DNA of 20,000 nucleotides from an uncultured virus (IMG/VR IMGVR_UViG_3300044513_002407) (lineage: Duplodnaviria > Heunggongvirae > Uroviricota > Caudoviricetes), in IMG/VR virus record IMGVR_UViG_3300044513_002407. One strand, written 5' to 3'. Positions 8,731-17,700 of the stretch are shown one piece after another; the stretch's first letter is position 1; every line of letters begins with the position of its first letter. The notes under the pieces were generated by a model. That model was given only the letters and a program-made list of their open reading frames with translations, was not told where the DNA came from and did no database searches. The position numbers and the translations under genes are program-made.

Positions 8731-11700
8731 CTAGAAATTATATTCAAATTCATCACCAACATTAATTTGTTGGTATGCATTAATTAAATCATCATCGGTA
8801 ACATTATGTGTAATACCTCTGCTAGTAGTGATTGGGGTACTTGTTGTAATTGGATTTGCTGAATCATTAAGTTGAACATAAAGATACCTTACAGTTGACG
8901 CACTACCATCAACAGTTTCTCCTGCAGTGTAATTGATTACAGTAGCAGTTTTATCAGTATCATAAGTAATCGTTGGATTTATCACAGAAACCTGTAGTTT
9001 GACTCCTGTAAATCCATTTAGGAATACTTCTTGAGCATCTAGATATCCACTACCCTGATTTACAACTTCAACGTCAGATACAACACCAAAAGTTACAGTT
9101 ACATTTGCTGTAGCACTATTATTAGTTACATTACCATTTTGGTCTTTTGCTTGCACTTGAACGTTATTAGTTGTTCCATTGGGGAAATTGGTGCCTGGAT
9201 CAACAATAATCAAACTACCAACTTTTTCAAATTCAACCTCATTGAGTGTTTGGAATGTTTCATTAGCAGCACTTGCATCTAATTGAATAATCTGATTGAA
9301 TGGTAGATCATATCCAACTAGAGCATTAGATATTAAATCTACGTCAGCACCGATCAAGTTATGTGTCTCCGAACCTCCAATCGCAGTGACTGAAATGGCA
9401 TTGGTAGACGCAATATAATCAGCTAAAGTTGGATATAAAATAACTGACCATTGATTATTTTTAGAAACATAATAAGTTTCACCATTTGTTAAACCAGTAA
9501 GATCACTATTTCCATTATTATCATAAACTACAGTAGATCCACTAGTCAATGAATGTGATTCAAATGAATCAGTATCATCAGCAAGATAAACTGAAGTTCC
9601 ACTAATATTAGTCGATGAGTCAAAACTATATGTAGTTGTTTGTAAACTACTTCTTGCTGCAAAGTTTGAGTAGGTAGTGTTCAAATGCCTTGCTGGGAAA
9701 GAAGAATTAGCAGCAAGATTAATAATAGAGAATGAATTTGCATCAGTTTCAGTTGGGAGAGAATCTGAAATATTTTGAAGAACAATACTTGAAACTGGCA
9801 GAGTATATCTTGTTTTACCAGTTAATGGGAAAGAATTTCCATTAACACTTAAAATAGGAGATTTTAACGTTCTTCTTACACGTAAAGATTCTCTAATGTC
9901 TTGGGATTGATATAAGTTGGTTAAATTCCAACCAGTATCTCCATCATTAAGTACAAAACCTACATTAGCATTAGGATTGACTTTTCCAAATGAAGATCCA
10001 ACTGATAATAGATCTGAACTTAATACTAAGTTTACGTTTCTAGGTGCTCTCTCATTATCTTGTTCAATTACATCACCTCTTTCTACAGAAGGATCTACGT
10101 CAATTACTTCATAATCTTCATCAGAACCAACATAAATGTAACCTTCAAAATCAGATCCTTCTTTTGGTGGAGATGTAAATTCAACAACACTACCAAATAA
10201 CTTGTAAGATACTAAACTTTGTGGATATGCAGCAACTCTTCCTGCCTCTTGTGTGGAAGGAATCTGTAAAGATCCGTCAATGAATATGATTAAGTTAGCA
10301 GAAATATTTGCTCCAGAACGTGATTTAGCAATCAAACTGAATACCTCATCATTTGTAGGATTAATCAAATTAAATGCCCTATCAGATCCATTAAACAATG
10401 GGGACATATCCTTGATTTTTTGAAGTTCTCCAAGATAGAAAGCATTGAATGGAGCATTTTCTGGAGGTGCTTCACCGAATTCAAGGACTGAATATTCATC
10501 ACCACTATCTGGAGTTCCATCTGGATCGACTAAATTAATCAAATAAGATTCATCAGCACCTTTTTTCTGAAGAATACCATTGATAATAACAAAAATATCT
10601 TTATCAGATCCAATATTAATGTTTGTTTTATTCTCTTTCAATTCAAAGGTTGTTTTTTGCCCATCAAATCCACGTCTAAATGATACAACTTCTAAATCAT
10701 AAGGAGTTATCTTTTCAATAGATCTATTGTCTCCATGAGTTTTGATAAGTGTAGTTAAAGCACCACGCTCGACAGTCAAAACATTTGTAGCAATATTTGT
10801 AATTTTAACAACTTCAACATCATCAATTACAGCATAATCATTTTGAGCAAATATTGATCCATCAGTTACAGTAATTTCAGTATCAGTTTCCAATACACCA
10901 TATGGTTCATCTAATGTAGTGACTGCTCCAGTTTTTGGGGATGAAATAATACCACTCAATGGCAGATCGCCATTTTGGAAAGCATCATCTCTATCTGAAG
11001 CAGTTGTTTCAATTTGATTAAGAAGTAACTCATAATGAATAAAGTCAATAGAAGCATTAATGTTAATATTAATTGTTAGAGTTGAAGTGCTGATATTTTC
11101 AATTGTAATTACATTTGTAGTATAATTGACTGCACTAATCTGTAATTCATCACTTGCATTACTTGTCATGCCAAATGCAGCATTAAATTTAACTAAATCA
11201 CCAACAAATGCTCTTGTTGCACTAGTAACTGTGATATCAAAAGTGCTACCTGCAGCAACTGCAGTGTTAGTAATTCCGTTGGAAACTAATAATCTAGATG
11301 TTGTCGTGACCTTATCTGCAATAACAGCAGAGGATGTTGAGGTAGTAATATAATCACCAACTACAAAATTCTCTGGATTTGAAGCAACGTGAAGTAGATT
11401 TTGACTGACATCTTCAAATTGATAGTTTGGTGTTGTAGAAATTCCTGTTGGATCATTTCTAGTATAAAGAAGACCGATAAATTGTCTTCCAATTTCAGAT
11501 CTATCCCCTAAAACATTAGAGAAGATATATCTTTCAGGAGCTTCAAAGAATCTAATTTTTCTAATACCACTAGTGCTGGTATTATAAACAACATATGGAG
11601 TTTGAACAACACCAGAGATATCAACAAGATATTGTTCAGGTTTAATGGTATATCCAGTTGGAATTTCCAATTGACCGTCTTCAATCTTATAATCGTACTT

Positions 11701-14700
11701 AGTGGTTGATAATAAATGAGACAACTCATTTAATGACACACCTTGAGAATCAACAACCACTTGAAGTGAGTCATATGTAAAGTCATAATTAAAGATAATA
11801 TCAAAACTTGAATTTAACTCATAATCATCAGTTTCTAATAAGACACCTTCTACAAAAACAAAATAATCATGCTTAGATGCAACAGTTGGTTTATTTGCAA
11901 GAACTACGGGAGTTCCTGTAGTTACACTTCCACTTGTAAATTCGTTCTTTGTAAAATTTTGTGAGTATCTAACTGATATTTGACTATCTACTGGTAATGT
12001 TGTTGCAAACGTAATTTGTGGAGTAGTTCCTCCATCCAATTGTAATGTAAATGATGCATTCTCTTGAAGAATACCATCAACAAAAACAATCCAATTATTC
12101 TCATCAATACTAGCAAAAATTCCAGTGGGGAATAAATTACTATCGTTATCAATCAGTGTAAATGTGTCTGTAGCACCAGTTACTGTAGTATTGAAAGAAT
12201 AGATTACACTATTGTCGTTAAACTGTCTGTAAGACATCTTAATGCCATCTGGCATTACTTCTCCAGCATTTCTCTGAGAGTCGAATTTGATAACTTTATC
12301 AGCATCAATCAATTCCCATGAAGTACCGTAAGTTTGAATGATATTGTCCAACATTACAACCATTTGATCTGGTTCATAACCACTAATATAGTTCGTCTGA
12401 CCATTTTCTACAGGAGTAATTGGGTCAACAACTTTTAACTCAAATAGTGTTTGAACACCATCAAATTGATCAGAGATATCTTCAAATACACCAACAATAG
12501 ATGTCTTGATATTCAATACGTCAGTGAGAAGTTTATTTGCAACATTTACTCTATCAAATCCATTATTTTTAGTTACGAGATAATTATATTTCTTTCTAGT
12601 GCTTACTTCTTCTGCTGCAGTAGTGCCAACAGAAGCAATGGAACTGTTTAATTTTGTGATTTGTCCCAGATTAGATCCAAGTACTTCAGTTTTAGAGAAT
12701 AGTTTATGTCCAGCTGGATGCAAGGAATTCTCATAGTTGGTTCTCCATTGATCAGATGGAACCCCAACGGTAACTTCATATGCAAATTTTTGATATTTCT
12801 TACTATCTTGAATTTTTAATGCGTTTGCACCTAAGAATGAATCTGTGGTTAAGAATTGCTTTGGAGTTTGAACCACAGCACCAAGTTCGGCACTAGTTTT
12901 AACGATAAACAATTCATCAACAGTACCAACGGACTTTGTATTGACACCATATACAATATCATTTAATTCAACACTTACATTTGGATTTTCAATGCGAAGA
13001 ACCGAGTTATTTGGTTGCCATCCTTTAATTGCTGCTACGTATCCAAATCCAACTGGAACTAAATTATTACTGACATCATTTCTTTGAATTATAACTTTTT
13101 CCGCTGGAGCAAATGGAGATTTTTTAATAATTGCAGTCACTGAAGCAGTCCTTGCAAGTACAATAGATTCATAATAGATACCATTCTTTGCAGCAATATC
13201 AGAAATTGCACCAGGAGTTCCATCAGATCTCAACCAATACTGATCGTCAAGGATTTGAAGATCGACTAAACCTCCAGACGCTCTTCCCTTAAGTGAAACA
13301 TTTCCAAGATATGCATAGAAGGTAGTACTTTCAATATATGAATAGATTCCGTTTGACTCATCATCTTGAGTATTGAAATAATATGCTCTTACCTTAAATG
13401 CATCACCTTCAATAAAGTATTGTTTAAAGTTGATATTAAACAGGATATCAGTTCCAGAAATAGCACTAATATAATAGTATTTTTCAATGCTTATTGTTGG
13501 TGCTGAAGAATATTTGTATCCAGGATAATCAATAGAAACTTCTGAGATAAGTTCATTAGCAATTGTTGCAGAGAATCTTGCATGATCTGTACTTCCAGCA
13601 CTAAGACCTCCACCAGAAACTGTAATTCTAGGAGTAAACAGATAACCTGCTCCACCATTAGTAATTACAGTATCAGTTACCTTAAAGTTATTCTTTAATC
13701 TGGTAATGGTTGGGAAATTTAATGTTGGTCTTTGAGTTGGGTCTGGATTATAACCATACCCAGAGTTTACAGATTCTACTGCTTCAATAGAACCAACACT
13801 ATATGATAATGCCTCCAAAATCGCACCAGTTCCATTATCAGTTACGATACTATTGATATTTGGAAGTGTATTGTAGTTAAATCCATTGGAAGTTAATGTA
13901 ACTACAGCAATTGGACCACTTGCATTTTTTGAAGTAGTAGTATATCTTATAGTGTTAAAATTATAGTTTCCAAATAACTCGCTATCTGGATCGGGGTCGG
14001 TTTCACTATAAACTTCAAAGAAACTTGAAGATGAGTTAATTACATTATAAGTTCCATTAATTGGTTCTGGTTTTATAGTAATTGGGATTTCTACAACCGC
14101 ATTATTAGTCAAGTTTCTAACTTCCATGATGACCTTAGTCAAATCTGAATCATCAGGCAAGATACTAAAACTAGTTAATTTGTTTAATGTTACTCCAGAA
14201 GATCCAAAAGTTCTTCTAATATTAATATCAAAGTACTCTTTTCTTTGAGATGCGTCAGATTCTCCACTGTAGAATGAGATTGCTACTGGTTGAGTTCCTG
14301 CAGCGGTATAATCAATGTCAAATCTATATGTAGATCCCTCATAGAATACTAAACCATTTGGATATGAAGTAGAGAACAAAGTATTTGGATTAGTAGCATC
14401 TAAATCAAATAATCTTGCAATTGCAGTTCCATTAGAAACTCCACTCTTCATATTAACGTCAAAAATCTTAGAGATTTTAGAACTGGCGTATACTGTAACA
14501 GAATCATCTAAAACTAATCCATTTGTTCCAGCATTAAACTTACTTACAATCCTATCTTCTTCATATTTGGAGGTTAGTGCGTTGCTGAAAATTAATCCTT
14601 GAACTTCTGTTCTTGGAGTGTGATCTGCAAGAACAGTTGCGAATAATCCTCTTTCAACGATTAAAATGTGATTATAAGTTGTAGCTACAATATTTGTTCC

Positions 14701-17700
14701 ACTAACAATATCTTGAACTTCTCCATTTAGAAGAGTATTATTGGTAGAAACACTTACTGTTGGATTATTGAAGAATAACTCACTACCTGCGGTTTCATCA
14801 ACTATAATATCGGTAATGGCACCATCAGTAATAGTGAATACATCAGATACCGTAGTATTAGTTTGAATTTCGGTATTATAATAAAGATAATATTGAGTGC
14901 TGCCGTTGGTTCCGCTGCTGTCTACAATTTTGGTTGCTACTACATCATCAGTTGTTGATTTCTGTACTAAAATATCAACAATTCTCATCTTCTCGCTATC
15001 GACCTGAATAACGTCACCAACAGAGAATAATGAACTATCAAATACTGCAAGTTCATCTAATCTAGTAATTTGGGCATCCTCATCATGAGGAACAGCACTA
15101 CTATTAAATCCTCTATCGACAATTAACTTATTAGCACCTACAGTGCTAACAACCCTCATGATTTCATTATCAATCTTGATATATTTGTTACCATTTGCAC
15201 CTGGAGTGTAATCTGAAATATTTCCTGAACCACCATTAAAAGTATCAATTCCAAAATAAGAAGTTGTAGAACTAATACCACCAGATTCATTCAATAGTGA
15301 AGTTACTGGTTGTTGGGCAATCATCGGTGTTGAAATATCTTCACCTGCAGTTTCTGTAACTAATGCAGCATTTGTAGTGAGAGATTCGTTATAAAACTGC
15401 TCTCCCTCTACTGGAATAGAACCAACGACACTGGTAAGATAAAATCTTCTATTATTTGGGTCAATAGAGTGAATCTCTGCACTAAACCCTCTTGCAGTTT
15501 TAATAATATCGCCTACAGAGAACGTTCCACGATCCTCAACATATTCCAAATAGTCATATGTTGCTTTTGTTACGGATGAAACATTAGCACCTCGCAAAAC
15601 ACTAACAAATGCTGCAGCGCCATCTCCTCCAGTCCCAGTATTATCAAACTTAACAACATCTCCAACTTGATATTGAGTTCCTGGTGTTACGATCTTAATT
15701 GCATCTAATCCAGCATCAACTGAAGACGGTGTTCTTGAAATTTTAAAGAACCCAGTATCGATTGGTTTAGTTGCAGAAGTAGAATCTGCATTATTGTACC
15801 TTCTTACATTAGAGAGTGACTCAACATCAACAAACTTAGTAACATTGAATCCTGTGTCAATTTTACCCGCATAATATGGTCCAATGAAATATGGGAATCC
15901 TTGAGTTTTATCTGTCAAACTTACAGTCATAAAGTAAGCATAAACTCCATTGGGGAATTCTGGAGTAACACAATATCTTCCATTATTATCGTCTAAATCA
16001 GCACCAGTAGAGGTCCAGACATAATCTTCGGCAAATTCACCAATACCATAATTGTTAATCAGACCACCATTAGCAAAAGACGCTGTTCTTTCGGCAGGAA
16101 GTGCAGATGTAGTTAATTTCTTCCATCCAGATGCCATCTTTTTGATAGCACTAACTTGCAGTGGATTTGAGTATCCATAAGGACCATAAATTGGAGCACC
16201 ATCCAATGCCCAACCGATAATTGGCGAGTGCTGTGCTGAATTTGTAAAATTGACTGTTGATCTTGTTCTATTTTCTCTGTTTAAAATCTGTAACTGTTTT
16301 GGTGCTCCTAAAACAGAATAATTGATTGTAGATCCAGAATCAGTAATGGTTTTAATAGTACCATAAAAACCACCAGTATTAATATCAAAATACTGGGAAA
16401 GTAAAGGATTAGTATTATTAACTTTTGTCCAATAAGTTGCCTCTGGAAGCAAGATTGCTCCAGAACCAGATTCTTCGATTAAAATACTTACTGAAGTGTC
16501 ATCGTAATTTAAACCACCGTTGACAACAATAAGATCTTGAATTTGCTTACTGACAGAATCCCAAGTTGGAATGATTTGCCCACCAACACCAGGATTATCA
16601 GAATCGTCAATAATATTGACAATAGGACGACTGTTATAATCTGCCCCTCCAGTGATCACAGAAGCGGTTGTAATGATGCCGTTTTCAATGTTGAGTAGTC
16701 CAGAGGCACCTTCACCCTTTTTAATTTGATACTCTGGATTTTTACGATAGTTGCTACCTCTATTGGTAATATTTACGTTATGGATTGGACCACCAACAAA
16801 TAATCCAATTTTTGCAGCAATAGCATTAGGTAGTTGTGGTGTGATCAATACTGTAGGTTGTTTTGTATATCCTGTTCCTGGATCAATAATTCTAACCTTA
16901 GTAATTTGACCGTCAACTACAACAGGTTTTAATACAGCATCTCTAAAGCTATCTCCAGTAAATACAGTATCTGTAGGGTCTTTGATTATAGTGATAACTG
17001 TATTGTCATTCAAATACGTTGATCCACCATCAATAAGATACAGTTCCTTCACAGAACCATTAATAATCAACTCTCCAGTTGCCTGAGTTCCACTCCAAGT
17101 AGAAGTTACGGTAATGGTAATATTATCAGCAGGAGATTGCCCACCAATATCACTACCTTGGATTGCAAATGTGTCTCCAACGGTATATCCACTTCCCGTA
17201 AATTGTTCTAAGATAGAGACATCAGAGATCTCTCCAGATGCCCCTCTAGTAATTCTAAATCCAGTTACAGATTCAGACAAATTAGTTACAGACACTTCAT
17301 AACTGGTATTTGCCTGAGATGCAATTGATGTGCCAGCAGTATGAGTAAATGTGCCGATAGAATTTACAAGAGGTGCTTCAAATTCTAAAACTGGAGGATT
17401 ATTTACGTTGTAATTATCACCACCATCGACAATGGATACAGATTCTAAACGACCTCTAATTACCCTCTCGTCGCTCTTCCAGTTCTTAATATAAGTACCA
17501 TCTCTCAGCAATCCAACACGCTCATTGGGTTCTGTAGAAATCTTATTATCTTCGTAAGTTTTTTCAAACTGTCTTGGGAACTTAGTGACTAGACGAGCAT
17601 CCGTCACCGTCAGATCATTAGAATTAAGTATTGTTGAATTTAACTCATACCAGGGAAGACCCGTAGTATAAACATAGACACTTTCCTCATCTGTGTAGAT

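Noticed and set aside
8476..17302. Short ORFs 8476..8661, 8490..8705, 9917..10114, 11126..11353, 11508..11729, 12451..12651 and 17114..17302
   Set aside because: They overlap gp8 or gp7 in antisense or alternative frames, and their lengths are as expected by chance.
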